From positions 2,914,001-2,978,000 of the forward strand of contig CM022666.1 of NCBI GenBank assembly GCA_012295275.1: a stretch of 64,000 bases of DNA. Reading direction: 5' to 3'. The notes under the pieces are model-generated. The model was not told where the DNA came from and did no database searches. It saw only the letters and a program-made list of their open reading frames with translations. Positions within the stretch are counted from its first letter, which is position 1; every line of letters starts with the position of its first letter. Below are positions 38,516 through 53,785 of this stretch, piece after piece. This DNA comes from Chrysomallon squamiferum (taxonomy: Eukaryota; Animalia; Mollusca). Position numbers and translations under genes: made by a program.

Positions 38516-38860
38516 AAAGTATTCAAAGATTAATATGTAAAGTATAGATTTTTTTTGTGTGTTCGTGTGTGTCTGTGTGTTTGAAAGTATTCAAAGATTA
38601 ATATGTAAAGTATGGATTTCTTTTGTGTGTGTGTGTGTCTGTGTTTGAAAGTATTCAAAGATTAATATATAAAGTATAGATTTTTTTCTTTGTGAGTGTT
38701 TGTGTGTGTGTGTGTGTGTCTGTGTGTGTGTTTTTTGAAAATATTCAAAGATTAATATATAAAGTATAGATTTTTTCTTTGTGTGTGTAAAATTATAGAC
38801 TATTTTATGTATGTGTAAGTATTAGAAGATTAATATATAAAGTATATATTATTGTGTGTG
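38398..38860 (+). repeat. Cores of about 40 bp (5-6 copies) separated by (TG)n spacers
   Basis: tttgaaagtattcaaagattaatat(g/a)taaagtat(a/g)gattt at about 38512, 38580, 38644 and 38734, with degenerate flanking copies. Confidence 0.9.
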
Positions 38861-39192
38861 TGCGTGTGTGTTTATGTGTGCGCACATCTCTTTGCATATC
38901 TGTATAACAATATGTGTCTATGTGTGTTTGTCTGTGTGGGTGCATGGACTTGGAATGTAGTAATAATGCTCTGTTGATGGCAATATCATTAAAGAATGTA
39001 ACATTTTCTAATTTCACTTTCTTAGCATTGAGTGCTAAAATAAAGTTTCAATCTTTTTTATTATTATTATTATTATTATTATTTCATTTATTATTTTTTA
39101 ATTTTTAATTTATTTTTTTTCTCCTTAATTTTATTTTCAGTTCATACAAAGAATTTACTTTTAACCGTTTTTAAACTTTTGGCCACTCTGGC

Positions 39193-39243
<51 letters not shown>

Positions 39244-39819
39244 AAAAATGAAAAATGCGATGCTTAATGAGATCATGAAATCAATGTACATTTTAAGCTG
39301 CTGAGTCTAAAATGAATGTCAAATATGAAAAGGGTAATGAATGAAACCACTTGTGAAATGCTGGCCATAAACTTGTGAATCGTTTTTGTAAAACGAACAT
39401 GGGATTTCTGGATCACACTGGCTCTTAATGTCACTGCCTGTTGTGGGGGATAATCAAAATAATTTTCTTCATGAATAACTTGACAACAGTCGCAGTGTAA
39501 AACAGACACAGTATTTAAAATGAAGGTCATTTTGTTGCAAAGACAATTTAAGGCATTATAATTTGGCGTTTTGGAAAAAAAAAGGTTTTTTTTTGGTTTA
39601 TTTAAAAAAAAATATTTTGCTTAATTTTGAAAAACATACATATGTTAGTGTTTCTCTCTCTCTCTCTCTCTCTCTTCTCTATTCACACACACATACACAT
39701 GCACATGCACATGCACATGTATACACACATACATTTCTTTTTATTATTTCATTTTCCAAAAATATCTTGTATAGCAATTTACAATCATTTAAAGTTTAAA
39801 ATTATTACTGGTGCATTAA

Positions 39820-39950
39820 AATCAATGGTACTGACAGACTTGCAAAAACAAAGATAGTGCAAAAAGATTCCTTGCTGTCAGTTGCTAAAAAGAGCATTTA
39901 CTGTGGTTACTGGAAGTTTCTACTCTAATATCCAAAACATTTATAACACT
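39820..39950 (+). mobile_element. SINE core fragment
   Basis: Exact 16-mer aaaagattccttgctg shared with 5653-5668, followed by aaaagagc...gtttctactctaatatc. Confidence 0.55.
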
Positions 39951-40182
39951 TATTTATTGCCTGGAAGTATAGTAACTAATATATGTCACTTAGTATAATA
40001 TAAAATACCTAACATACCAGAATCCTTTTATTTATCACATATAACCAACATCTGTTACCAAGTGACTGTGTACGTGTGTCTGTGCTTGCATGTGTGTGCA
40101 TGTCATTGCGTGCGTATTAAGTATGTGTGTAAATGTGTATGTGAGAGGAGTGTGGTTATGTGGATATAATTCTTTGTATGTT

Positions 40183-40236
<54 letters not shown>

Positions 40237-40750
40237 AGAGAAAGAGAGAGAGAGAGAGAGGAAGATAGATAGAAAATGTGTGTGTGTGTATATGTATGTT
40301 TGAGTGTAAATATAAACATACATATGTATATATGTATGTATGTACGTATGTCTCTCTGTGCATCTGCACACTGTTTATTAACATCCTGATGCACACATAA
40401 ATCTACGGTACATGTCTAATAGTATATGTAAATTCACACAAAAATAACAAGCCCTGCAATGTTCCTGTTATTCCCCTATCACACAGTGCAAGATCGGAAT
40501 ACTCTGACAGCTGTCTCTGATAAATTATTCAACAGTTGTAGAAGAATGTCTCAAACAGACAAATAAAAAAAAAATCTAATAATTTCCTATCCATCATACT
40601 TAGACTGGGCTCTCGGTTCCTAAGGAGCAGTTGTAAATGAGGAAGAAAATATTCCGATAGAAAATAAAGTCACTGAGAACACAACGGTCGATGTTGGTAA
40701 GACGATGGATATGAAAAAAATGGAAAAAAAAAAGAAAAAAAAATGAATTG

Positions 40751-40781
<31 letters not shown>

Positions 40782-41990
40782 TGATTGTATTATTTGTGAG
40801 CATGTGTGTGGGGTTTTTTTTGTGTCTTTGAGAACAAGTATATATGTCTGAGTACATACATTTGTGTTTGAGCATTTATGTGTGTTTGTATGACATAAGA
40901 AATATGGAGTAAGAAATAATACTTTGTAATTTAGAATTCTAAAGAATTGAGTTAGAAAGAGAAGAACAAAGAGAGAAATGATATAGAATATATATATATA
41001 AAGTATCTAATATGTGTGGATGTGTGTGTGTACGTATTTGTGTCCGTTATGTTTGTGCATGTAGGTCTGTACATATATGTATCTGACTACATGTATGTGT
41101 TTGTATTTGTGCATGCACGCACCTGCGCGTGTGTGTGCATGTGTGTGTGTCTACAAAATTTTTAAAAAATCAATTACAGATGACCTGCTGCATATCAACT
41201 ATTTAAAATCAGTATATAACATGTTTTTTATTTAAATATTTCTTCGGTAATAACGTTATAACACATACTGCAGTGTGATACTGGCTTTATGACATCTGAA
41301 TATATGCATTGCAACAATAAATCACTCAGGATTGTTTGTAACATTTCCGAAGAAATAACAACACAAGAATTGCGATGTATGAAATTGCTGTAACGTCATA
41401 AAAACGGAGAAAACACTATAATAAATATCTATTTGCATTGGTTGGAGTGGTCTGGATCTCGTCCACGGAACAGACTGTGACATCTGCAGCTACGTCAGTG
41501 TCAGTACTAGAGAGTGTGTGTTTCACATGAATCAGTAAATTTGTTTTATTAAAACATTTTTATTTTTTTTTTTTTTTTTTCTAAAATTTAATCTTTTCTT
41601 TGTTTCCTTTCATCATTCTTCTTCTTCTGTCGTTCCAGACTCTTTCTCTCTCTGCTTCTTATTTTCTCCTGTCTCTTTTTCTCTCTTTCATATGTCTATC
41701 TTTCTCTTTCTCTCACTCGATCTCTCTTTCTCTCCAAGTGTCAACAAGGTAGGTTAAAAAAAATAGTTAGAAAATGAAAACAGGGTACTCTGGACTATTA
41801 AGCAGGTTAGTTTTATTTTTCCTTCTTCAGTGTTTTTGTTTGTTTAATTAATTATTATGGCTTTTGTTTCTCTTCTCATTTCAGACAAACATTCAACTAA
41901 TTACTGCTAACATTAATTATTTAACTTCAGAATACTTAAGGGACAAACCAAAAGCAAGGTTATAAATAACTTCCAACTTTTCTCTTTGTG

Positions 41991-42023
<33 letters not shown>

Positions 42024-42719
42024 ATTTATATATTCTTCATTTTAATTTGGGGTTGTTTTCTTTTCATTTCACTCTCAAAATTTTCTTTTTCGTTCTCTCG
42101 TTTTTTAATTTTCCATTTTCTTTCCACATTTTCGTTTCTCTGTTTGGTTATAAACTACTCTAATATTTTAAAACTACCTGGATTAGCCATTCGTTCAAAC
42201 TGACACTAAGTTAATCTCATGGTATCTCTGAAAAGTAGCTAAAACCTGTCACTGAAAAATTTAAAAACAAGAGAATCACTTTTTGAAAATTCTGGAGCCT
42301 TACAACATTCTTAAGCTCTAAAACACATGTTAATAGGAATTCAAAATGGATTCCTGTTTTTTTTGCTGAAAATGAAAGACAGTGACTTTGGTTCTGGTGC
42401 TAATAAGAGAAAGAAAACAAAAAAATGATTTTTTTTATTTTTTTTAAATAAATTAAAAAGGAGAGGAAACACAAAAAAACAACCAGATCTGAAGTTACTG
42501 CAGGTAAGCAAAGGTGTTTTGTTTTCTGTTTTAACAAAATTACAAATATTCAGAGACAAGTAATAGTCACTTGTGACTGAATAATTTTACTCATAACAAA
42601 ATGATCAGGTTTGTGTGAGGTGAGCATGCACACAGACAATAGTGTGTTACTGACTTGTTGAATGATGTGCTTACATTTAAATAAGTGTCAGATTATTATT
42701 GTATTAAACTTAGAGTGCC

Positions 42720-43255
42720 CATAGCAAATAGTCAAAATGTTATTGATTCAACTCATTGTGCTCACAGACAAATAATAGTCAAAATGTTTGACTCATATTA
42801 CTGCTCACAGACAAATAACAGTCAAAATGTTTGGGACTCAGTGCTGTGCTCATAGACAAATAATAGTCAAAATGTTTGGGACTCAACTCTTTGTGCTCAC
42901 AGACAATTAGTCAAAATGTTAAAGATTCAACTTTGTTCTCACAGACAAATAATAGTCAAAATATTAATGACTCAACTGTTTGTGCTCAGACGAATAATAG
43001 TCAAAATGTTAATGATTCAACTCTATGTGCTCACAGACAAATAATAGTCAAAGTCTTAGTGACTCAACTCTTTATGCTCACAGAGAAATAACAGTCAAAA
43101 TATTAGTGATTCAATTGTTTATACTCACAGACAAATAAAAGTAGGTAAGTGACTTAACCATACTTCCCTAAAGGCAGGTTACAGTGTGCTAATGAGTCAA
43201 TCACGTTTTGCTCACAGGCAAACAGAAGTAAATGCTTTTAATGACTCATTCTGTG
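42720..43255 (+). repeat. Minisatellite of 42-47 bp, about 11 copies
   Basis: ctcacagacaaataatagtcaaaatgtt...gactcaact variants at 42761, 42804, 42849, 42896, 42938, 42985, 43030, 43077 and 43124. Confidence 0.95.
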
Positions 43256-43893
43256 TGCAATTGGCTTCTTCACTGTCATCACAGCAAAATAAAAGTGTCT
43301 GAGATTGTTTTTCTTCTTTTTGAAAAACAACATAACAAACAGTTTTTATATTTGCAATATCAGATAGTTTACAGTTTTCTTTTATGGCTTTTTTACTTTA
43401 TTTTTGTTATTTTATTATTATTTTTTTTTTTTTTTCAAGATATTATTAATAATTATTATCATCATCATCATGATCGTATGTTTTTTTTATTTTGATTACA
43501 ATGATAACCCCCACAAAAAACCCCACAAAGTATGCAGAAATAACTAAATTTGTCAATAACTTTATCAAAAACGATTTCAGTTCACCAAAAAATTCATCTG
43601 ACATCTAGTAGCAACAAAGTGACATTTTAAGAGCTCCTTTTGTGGGATCTTGATAACTGTGAGTTGCAGCTTCACCCCCTAGTCAAAGCAGTGACTGGCA
43701 GACTGAATGAACCATCAACAGAGCAGTTAAATAAATATTTCACGTTGGGCATCAAGTGTGATTCCAATGTATTCTGTTTTAGAATCATCCATCACTCCAC
43801 CGTGGAAAGTGATATTTTCTTTAAAACAAATTTTGAAATTTGTACTTGTTTTTTTATTATTATTATTATATTTTAAATATAAAAGAATTAAAA

Positions 43894-43936
<43 letters not shown>

Positions 43937-43990
43937 AAAAATAATTAACTGTTATCTTCTTTAAATCTGATCATATTTTAAACTACTTTT

Positions 43991-44025
<35 letters not shown>

Positions 44026-45000
44026 AAAATCATGTTCACTGGAGTTAGAAATAAATAATACTTTTTAATTTAGAATTCTGAAGAATTAGTAAAGAAGAGA
44101 AAAATAATTACGAGAAAGAGGAAAATAACAGAATATTATGCTAAAATACATTAATCAAAGAGAAGAAGAAATATATCTTACAGTAACATTTATTATTAGG
44201 AAACGTTGATCGCCTGTGTTATTTTAGCATTCAATACTATTTTACATTTTTCAGGCTTATTCCAATAAAAGAAAGGATATAAGCCTTTCCACTTAAGTTA
44301 GGATACTTAGTATCAAGATTTGATCTGAGCACCTATCATGCCCAAGGAGAATAACTTAACCAGTGCACAGATGAATCTGATGTTTCGTTCATGTGGGAGT
44401 TTTTCAAATACAGGGGAGTTTGTTGATGGTAATAATACAACTACAGGTGTAGAAAGGTAAGCCATGATTGCAAAGCAAATAACTTAATAAGAATGTTATA
44501 CCTGTACAAAACCGAAATAAGGAGTGCAGCAATAAAAATAATAACACAAATACAGGTACAACAATAATAACAATTACATGTGTTCTAGTGTAAACTGTTT
44601 TACAAGGTTATATAATTAAAAACAAATAACATTACTGTAAAATAAAAATAAATATAATAACTACTACAGATGTTTTAAAAGTGTTATATAATGAAAAAAA
44701 ATAACATTATGTAAAATATTGATGATGATGTTGATGATGACGATAATAATAATAACAACAACACAAATACAGGTATAATAATAATGATATTGACAGTGAG
44801 AATAATGATGATGATCATCATCATACTTGTAATAATAATATGATGCTCTTTACAGCTGGATGTTTTTGTTCTGAAACAACAAAACATATACAAATAGTAA
44901 TCTTTCATTTCTGAGTCAGTATATCATACAAAAAATAATAATAATAATAATAAATACACCTCTACAGATCTAACTTACAGGTTTTAAGCAACAACACAGA

Positions 45001-45031
<31 letters not shown>

Positions 45032-45804
45032 TGATATTGATAATAATGATAAAAACAATAATAAAAAAAACAACAACAACAACAGCAACAACAACAACAA
45101 CCGATAAACCAATTGTTCTTAACTCGTTACAACAAAACCAAAAACTAACACTGAACAGAGCTGTACTGCTGTAAGCTACTGGTTCAAGGCAACAAGGCAA
45201 TAAACTCTGGCCAAATCAACACAACTACACCAAATCACTCTGCAATACCACTTGATATGCCTGACACAAGAATATGCCTCCAAGACAGCAGACAAAACAA
45301 ATTCTTGGTTTATTTTCCGCCAACAGAAGCAAGGAATTCTGTATGATACACACACCAAGACATACAATTGTTTAGACATACCTCAGACTGGCATACGTTA
45401 CATATCTTACCAATTGGATATTTGCAAATATCTTGCATTATCTCAGGTTATGCTATTATCTAGACTTTTCAGAGATATCTCGGTTTAATATTTATTATAA
45501 TTATTCTGCCACAGATATACAATACATATCTTATCTACTGGCCTTGTGGAAATATCTTGGAATAGCTTAAGTTACACAAGGTAATAAACTGATTTTTGAG
45601 AAGTTTTTCATTTTAGCATAAGTCATGTATCTTATTAACAAGACTTTGTAGACAGAGTGTTGAATGGTTTAAGTTAATTAATGTGTGAGTTGATGAGTGT
45701 GTGTGAGTGTGAGTATGTTTGTGTATGAATGAATGTTTATATGTATGTATGTGTGTCTCTGAAGAGAGAATGTTATGTTTTTGTCTGTGTGAATTTGTGT
45801 ATAA

Positions 45805-45835
<31 letters not shown>

Positions 45836-45869
45836 ATTAACTTAAGTAACTTAATCAGATAGGTGTTAT

Positions 45870-47090
45870 GTCTTATCAGCTGGCAGTTTAGAAATAATTA
45901 ATTTTCACATTAAACGCATCTTTCTAGCTGCTTTTGCAGAAATAAGGTCGAACAACCAGCTGGTCTGTAACATCTGAATTTATCAACTGGCTTCTCAGAA
46001 ACAATTCAGAATATCATGTATTTCTCTGAATCTGACAAATTGACTATTTACAAATATTTAATTTCAGTTGCAAAATACACTACTACTCTTAAAACTGGTC
46101 TTCTGAAATGGAACTGCAAACATTTTGAATCTAACCAACTGGCAATTTAGAAATGTGGTGCACTGGCTGACTTTTAAAAACATCATCTTTTTTATTTTAA
46201 TCTAATGAACTGGCTCCTCAGAAATAATTCAGTATGGCATATAATTTTTTATCTAACCACCAGAATATTTAGAATTCTCTCATTCTGGCATGAAGCATAT
46301 ACCTATTACTGACTGTTTAGAAGCACTTTGAAATGAAACAGAATTCAAAAACAATTCAAAAATGGTCTGCACTTTCTATGTAACTTGAAAGACTCTACTT
46401 TGGCATCAAACATACACTTATTGTTTAGGAATGCTTTGAAACAAAAGCAGTTCAAAATGGACTGTACTTTATGTGTAAGTTGCAATATTTTGCTTTGGCA
46501 TTTTTTTCTTACACAGACTTTTTAGAAATATTCTGAAACGAAACAGTCTTTAAAAACAACTCAAAATAGACCATACTTCATATCTAACCACAAGAATATT
46601 TAGAATGTTCTTGTATTTGGCATCAAAAATATATCTGAAACTGTTTAGAAATACTTTGAAATTAGATACTCTTTAAAAACAGCTCAAAATGGAGTAGACA
46701 TTCTAATATTTAGAAATATTTCACTTTGGCATCAAACACTGTTCAGAAATACTTTGAAAAAAAATGGTTATTCAAAAAAACAACTCAAAATGGACTATTT
46801 CTTTCTAACCATCCAAATATCTAGAAGACTCTCACTTTAGAATCAATCTTACATTTTGAAATGAACTGTCTTTCAAAACACCTCAAAATGGACTATACTT
46901 CCTAACTAACTTACAAAAAATTTGCTCATGCTGGCACCAAGCATACAAAACTTACACTCTGAAATGAACTGACTATTGAAAAACAACTCTAAAACAAGCC
47001 TATACTCTATCTAACCTGAAGGATATTTAGAATTCTCTTACTTTGGCATCATACAATCTATCTTACACTCAGTGACTGCCTGGAAATACC
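45870..47090 (+). repeat. Degenerate satellite: units of about 50 bp grading into units of about 110-125 bp
   Basis: Recurring tttggcatcaa...tttagaa..ctttgaaa...aaaacaactcaaaatggact...ctaacc...aatatttagaa from 46250; aactggc...agaaa motifs upstream. Confidence 0.75.
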
Positions 47091-47443
47091 TACGAATAGT
47101 TTCTGCTATGTATCTCACCAATTGTCATACTTGTTATAATTACAGGAATATCTGGATTTCTTCTTCCTTGAAGTATAAATGCTGGGTGATTCTTTCATGT
47201 ACTGTAACACTTAGACTTCATACTGCCAACATAAACATGGAAAATTATATTTTGTTCTTCTTCTTCTTCTTCATCTTTCTGTTGCAGAGTCCACTATGAT
47301 TAACTGTGAAAACTATGCCACCTGCTGTACAGTATTAAAAATACAGAACAGAGGAGTGTTTTAAATATTTGTTTTTATTTAGTTATATAATAATTGAATA
47401 TAAAAAGGTTGTTATTTTTTTTATTTTAGTTTCTGAGCTAGGT

Positions 47444-47563
<120 letters not shown>

Positions 47564-48164
47564 TGCATTTATGTTCTGAATACAATTTATATGCCAGAAT
47601 AATCCACTTAATCTCTGCTATGAAGGAATGTACAGTTTAGTTTCACTGAATGAAAAAAAAAATATCACCACCATTTCACTTGAAGCAAATCTGTGTATTA
47701 ATCAACTATCATACAAATATACGTCCACAGGTATATTCATTCCATCATTACTGGACAATATTATTACATATCTTTAAATCCTTTTTATCAGTCAATTCAG
47801 ATACCACAGAACAGCCAATAATATTAACGCTTATACCATTTAGATAATATCTTGATATTTTTATCAGCTATCATTTTAGCATGGAACCTCTTAGGCCAAG
47901 AAGCGACAGAACTGAAGTTAATCCCCTGAAGGTTTATCAAATGATCCGACAGAACTGATGTGAAACCTTACCAATCCCCGATAGTGTTTCACTGTAATCC
48001 AGAATACATCAGTTTTTTTTTTTTTTATGTTAGGAAATAGTTTATTTGTGACCATATGTTCTACCGGCGAGACTTTCCTGGTAACACGAGCTGTTTTCAA
48101 GCAATTATAAAGTAATAAATAAATATGCACTTAAGTAAATAAGTCAAATAAATAAAGAGAAATT

Positions 48165-48341
48165 ACTACTACTGTTACTGCTGTTACTACTTCTACAACT
48201 ACAACCACTATCATTACTACTGCTGCTACCACCACTACTACTACTACTACATCTTGCTAATACTATTACCATTACCATATCACTCCTACAACAACTACAA
48301 CTACCACAACTACAGTTACTGCTGCTGCTGTTACTACGTGT

Positions 48342-48374
<33 letters not shown>

Positions 48375-48630
48375 TCATTACTACTGCTGCTATTACCACT
48401 ACTACTAAGACTATTACTATTACCATTACCGTATCACTCCTACAACAATTATAACTACCACAACTACTGTTATTGCTGCTGCTATTACTACTTCTACTAC
48501 CACTACTACTACTATCATTACAACTGCAACTACTACCACTACTACTAAGACTATTACTATTACCATTACTGTTACTATGTCTCCTACAACAACTATGACT
48601 ACCACAACTACTGTTACTGCTGCTTCTATT
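48165..48630 (+). repeat. (CTA)n-rich tract with a higher-order repeat of about 140-155 bp (3 copies)
   Basis: ctattaccattac...ctcctacaacaa...ctaccacaactac.gtta.tgctgct appears three times. Confidence 0.85.
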
Positions 48631-49075
48631 ATTATTTCTTTCAGTAAACAAATAAACAGAGAAATAAATAAATATAAATAAATAAATAAATAAATAGATA
48701 ATATAAAAATATAAATGAAAGTATTACTTGAATTACTTCAAAAATTGCTATCAGTATTTCTGTTGTTACTGCACCTGCTATTTTTCAATCATTATTATAT
48801 ATTTCATTGTTTTTTTTTCATTTCACCACAGAATATACTGTATAATGTGTACAAAAATACATGTTAACGTAACAAAATATAAAAGCAAATTAATGTTTTA
48901 AAAGACAGCAGTCTCCTGATTATCCATAACATGAATCTGTAAATCACTTCTAATTATTTTTACTGGAAAAAATAGTTTAGAGAAGCAATCAATAAAATTC
49001 AATAAACAAAATAAAATGTAACATGATAATGGCAGCAATAATAAGAGGAATAATAATAATAATAATAATAATAAC

Positions 49076-49112
<37 letters not shown>

Positions 49113-50664
49113 TTAAAGATAAGATAAAAACGCATTTTAAAAAAAATATTCAAAATATCCATAAGCTTGTTATTTTTGTTAAGTGTTTAAATATGTTTAT
49201 CTTACAACCAATAACAAATTCACAGATTTACTTACAAATCCCTTCAGTTCTAATAGAATTATTCTCACTAGACTACAAACAATGGAAAGATTTGGACTGA
49301 CAAAGATGGAAGTAAAATAATTTAAAATAGCACCCAAGACAAATAATGATAAAATTTTGTTTTAAATTATTAATAGATTTTTCACAATTTATTTGTATTC
49401 ACTAAATTGTAGAGTGTTGTAATAAAGGAAATAATTAAAAAAAAAAAATGTGAATTGATTTTAATATAATTACTTTCAGTTTTATATAACTAATATATAA
49501 TACATACATATATACACAAAATTCAATATTGAAATCCTCTTGTAAATAAACATGAATTATTAAAAATGTGTTTCATGACACAAACACAACAAGGAATATT
49601 TAATTCTGAATAAAATAAATAATTTATACCGTTAATATAATCTGAGACCATTAAAAATATGTTTATCTGCATTTGTTTTGACATAAATAATATTCCTGTC
49701 ATATCAGGCATGTTCCAGTATTTATTTATTAACAAAATTTGATATATAAAAAAAATAACAATTAAGTATAACTCAATACCCCCGAAATCATTTTAGAATT
49801 ATTAAGAATAAAAAATAGTTTAATAAAACTTTAATTAATGTGCCATCTTTTAACACATTTGTCAGAATCTGTTCTGAAAAAAAAAAAAAAAAAATTAAAA
49901 ATATTTTTCATTTATGCTTAGAAATATATGTGAATATTTATTTCAGTAAAATTAAAAAATAAACGTTTCTGAAAATTAATAAGAAAATTTTAATTAAAAT
50001 TGCAAATTCTTACAAATTGTACAAACAGGTCTGAGAACTCATTTCAAAATATTAATAATATTAACAACAACAATATAAGACAGATATACAAGAAATGATT
50101 TTGATTAATATCTGATACCTTTATGAAAAAATGAACCAAAGAACCCCAACACTTCTCAATATACTTTTTTAAAAAAAAATCAAGTTCAAAATAAAAGTTC
50201 ACGTCATGAATGATATAGCGATCCGTTTTGTTTTGGATAACATTTCATTTGTAATCTCACGATGAATTTAATTTTGATATTAATATGTCCAAAAACAGCT
50301 TCCCTCAAAGGAAAAGAGCTTTCAAATTAGAAACAGAAATTTCATACCAAGAGAATTCTGAAAATTTTTTTTTTTTTAAAAACAGTTGTCTTCATCTCCA
50401 GTACTGACATTGTGACTGATATTGTTTTATATTTGTATTAATTCTGAGAAGATTAAGAAAATAAAAAAGTCATGTTGTCTATGTGTTTTGTATATTTGTT
50501 TATTTGTTTGTTTGTTTGTTTGTTTGTTTAAAATAAAGAATGGTTTTCATTACTTGTTTCCTGAGTTTGTGTAATGGTTATTTTTTTCTCAGAAATAATT
50601 TGGTTACCATCATCAAATTAACATATCTTTTCTTTCTTTCTTTCTTTTTTTTTTTTTTATTAGT

Positions 50665-50696
<32 letters not shown>

Positions 50697-51127
50697 TGGT
50701 TTTTTAACTTTTATTTATTTATTTGGTTTTTTTAACTTTTATATATCTTTTATGAACTGTTTATTTTATATCTTTTTTAATTTTTTTTACATATTATTTA
50801 TTTATTTATTATTACTATTATTGTTTATTATTAATTATCATAAAAAAAAAGACACATTTTTTTTTTTTTTTTAAATAAATAAATAAAATAAAGCAAGCAG
50901 ATCCCCAAATAATCCAAACCAATACAGATGCAGTAAATGATTAAGAAAAATCACAAACAAAATTCTACATGAAGAGAAAAATAATCTATCTTCTTACAAG
51001 CTTCCATAAAACAATGTAAACAAACAGAAGATTATATTCACCAATGCCACTAGAACCATGCATTGCAGGAATGACTTACATTCCCAGAGAAAGGTCATAA
51101 CCAGCATCAGGCATGGCAGAGAAATGA

Positions 51128-51190
<63 letters not shown>

Positions 51191-51543
51191 AAAATTCTGT
51201 GTTTAGCTTTAACAATTGTTCTTGTTCTTTTCTTTTGAAAGAGAAATATTGGGGTTTAAATAACAAAATAACAAAATAATAAATAAATACCAAAAAAGAA
51301 AAAAGAAAAAAGATACAGAACTTTAAAAAAAAAACGTTTTCTGGAAAATATTGAGAAATATGGGGTATAGTACAATCCATGCAAAGTTATATTTTTTAAA
51401 GGATAAAAGATATAAAAAAAAGAAAAAAACAGAAATTGTTTTCTAGAAAGTATCTATAAATGTATTTTTAGAAAGAGTCAGAGAGTAAAACAATAAAATT
51501 AGTAAAAGCAAAACAATAATGAAAAAAAAAAAAAAAAAAAAAC

Positions 51544-51578
<35 letters not shown>

Positions 51579-51999
51579 TCAGGGAAAATAGCTTGGCCAA
51601 ATAATATTTGTGTTCTTGAAAATCTTTTTGTAATTTGTTTTTTACGAAGTGTCAAACTGGCATAACAAAAACAAAACAAAAAAAAAGAAAGAAATATGAC
51701 AAAAACTAAGTAAGCTGTTTTACAGATATCGTGCATTCCCAATTTAGAAAATACTAAAATAAATAACTATGATTCATGAGTGAAAACTTTCAAAGACAAA
51801 ACAATTTTCTTTCTTACTTTTTACACAATTTTTTAGATTATAAATTAACTGATCATGGGATCTTTTGCTCTTCAACAACATAAAAGTACAAGAAGCCAAT
51901 CCATTATTTAAATTTTGAGTATTTTAATTTATTTATTTTTACATAATTATATTTAGATTATCAGAAAGATTATTGTCATAGTGACCTTACTTTTACATG

Positions 52000-52355
52000 A
52001 ATACTACTACAGTTATTATTACTACTATTACTAATAACACCATCACTACCACTAATGCTACTACTCTCGTTATTAATACTACTATCACTTTTACTAATAC
52101 TACCACCAACATCACTATTATCAGTTACTACTACTACCACTACTACTACTACTACCACTACTATTACTGATACAATTACTGCTACTACCACTACTACTAT
52201 TACAATCACTATTACTACTGATACTACTACTACTACCACCACTACTACAACTGTTACAACCACTATTAGTACTTCTATTATTACTATTATTACCACCACT
52301 ACTACTACTACTATTACTACTATCACCAGCACCATGATTATTATTACCAATGATA
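52000..52355 (+). repeat. Imperfect (CTA/CCA/TTA)n trinucleotide tract
   Basis: Directly visible. Confidence 0.9.
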
Positions 52356-52577
52356 ATAATTTTTAAGATTAACGTAATGTCTAATACGTCATATTTGGCT
52401 GGATTCTGAAACAGCTCAATGGATCCACTACTCAATGGATGGATCCACTGAATGTCTAGAAGGAAATGCTAGAACCATTCAGTTCTAAGAATGAAATAAA
52501 TCTTTACAGTTTAAAAAAATTAAACATTAAATATTAATATTGATGTTCGCAACAGGCTGTTATTGGATAAATCTTAA

Positions 52578-52624
<47 letters not shown>

Positions 52625-53499
52625 AATAAAAAAGTTTGAGAACTAAAATCAAATTCACGATTAACAAGATATTTACTTAATACATTAACTCATGTGAAAT
52701 GTGGATGTCACTGTAAAAATTAATGGCTTTAAACCAGTTTATTTTCGTTTCCAAATATCATTATATATTTTTTTTTTTTTTTTTTTTTTTAAAAGACAGA
52801 ACTATGAGGGTAAATAAAAAAAAAAAAAAAAAAAAAAAGGAACCAAAGCAAAATTAAGAGAATTCTGTTTTGACTGCTACTAAAATAAACAATTCCAAAG
52901 ACTCAAGAACACCATGACTCAACATCTGCATGGTAATTGAATGCCGTTGCTGCCGTCTCACATGAAGTAACATTTAAGAAAAGTCACCTTTACCATCTGA
53001 ACACAAAAAAAAAGAAAAAAAAAAAAAAGAAAAAGGAAAAGTAAATATTAGTGTTAGGAAGATCAATACCAGCTGAATGATGAACTTCTTGAAACATTAG
53101 GATCAAAGATTTAATTTTCGTAATGAAAAAGTGAGTGTATCAAAAGAGAAAAAAAAAAAGTAAAAAATAAAATAATGATGATGAAAATAACCACTGATGG
53201 TTGTCATTAAAATGGAACGTATCAAAATTTTTATAATTACAAAGCCATCAAGAATGATCTATGTATTTCTTTGTGTGTTGTTCTTTGTAAGTTCTCTTCA
53301 ATGACTCAGAGAATGCAATCTTAACATTTCTATTTACTATAAAGATTTTTAATGTTAATGATAAATATTATTATTTTTATGATTAAAATTTACTCTTTAA
53401 GACCAAATTACAATTTTTATTTACCTTGTTTGTTAGAAATCTCAATACAGACTATAAATATGTTACTAATATTATAATGCATTTTAATATTTATTTCTA

Positions 53500-53785
53500 A
53501 TGTTATGTATTATTGTAATTATTATTGTTGTTATTATTGTTATTGTTGCTATTATTATTATTATATTGTTATTGTTATCATTATTATTATCATTATTATT
53601 ATTCTTGTTTGTTGTTGTTGTTATTATTGTTATTGTTGATATTATTATTATATTGTTGTTATTGTTATCATTATTGTTATTATTATTGTTATAATTATTA
53701 TTGTTGTTATTATTATTGTTATTGTTGTTGTTATTATTACTGTTATAATAATAATTATTATTGTCATTATTGTTATTATTATTAA
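53500..53785 (+). repeat. (TTA/TTG)n tract with an internal duplication of about 90 bp
   Basis: gttgttattattgttattgttg.tattatta...tattgtt.ttgttatcatt occurs twice. Confidence 0.9.

Noticed and set aside
40604-40696. 93-nt exon-like unit (tag|...|gtaaga)
   Set aside because: All three frames contain stops and there is no other support; at best a pseudo-exon or poison exon.
52415-52450. ctcaatggatccact local duplication
   Set aside because: Ordinary short slippage duplication.
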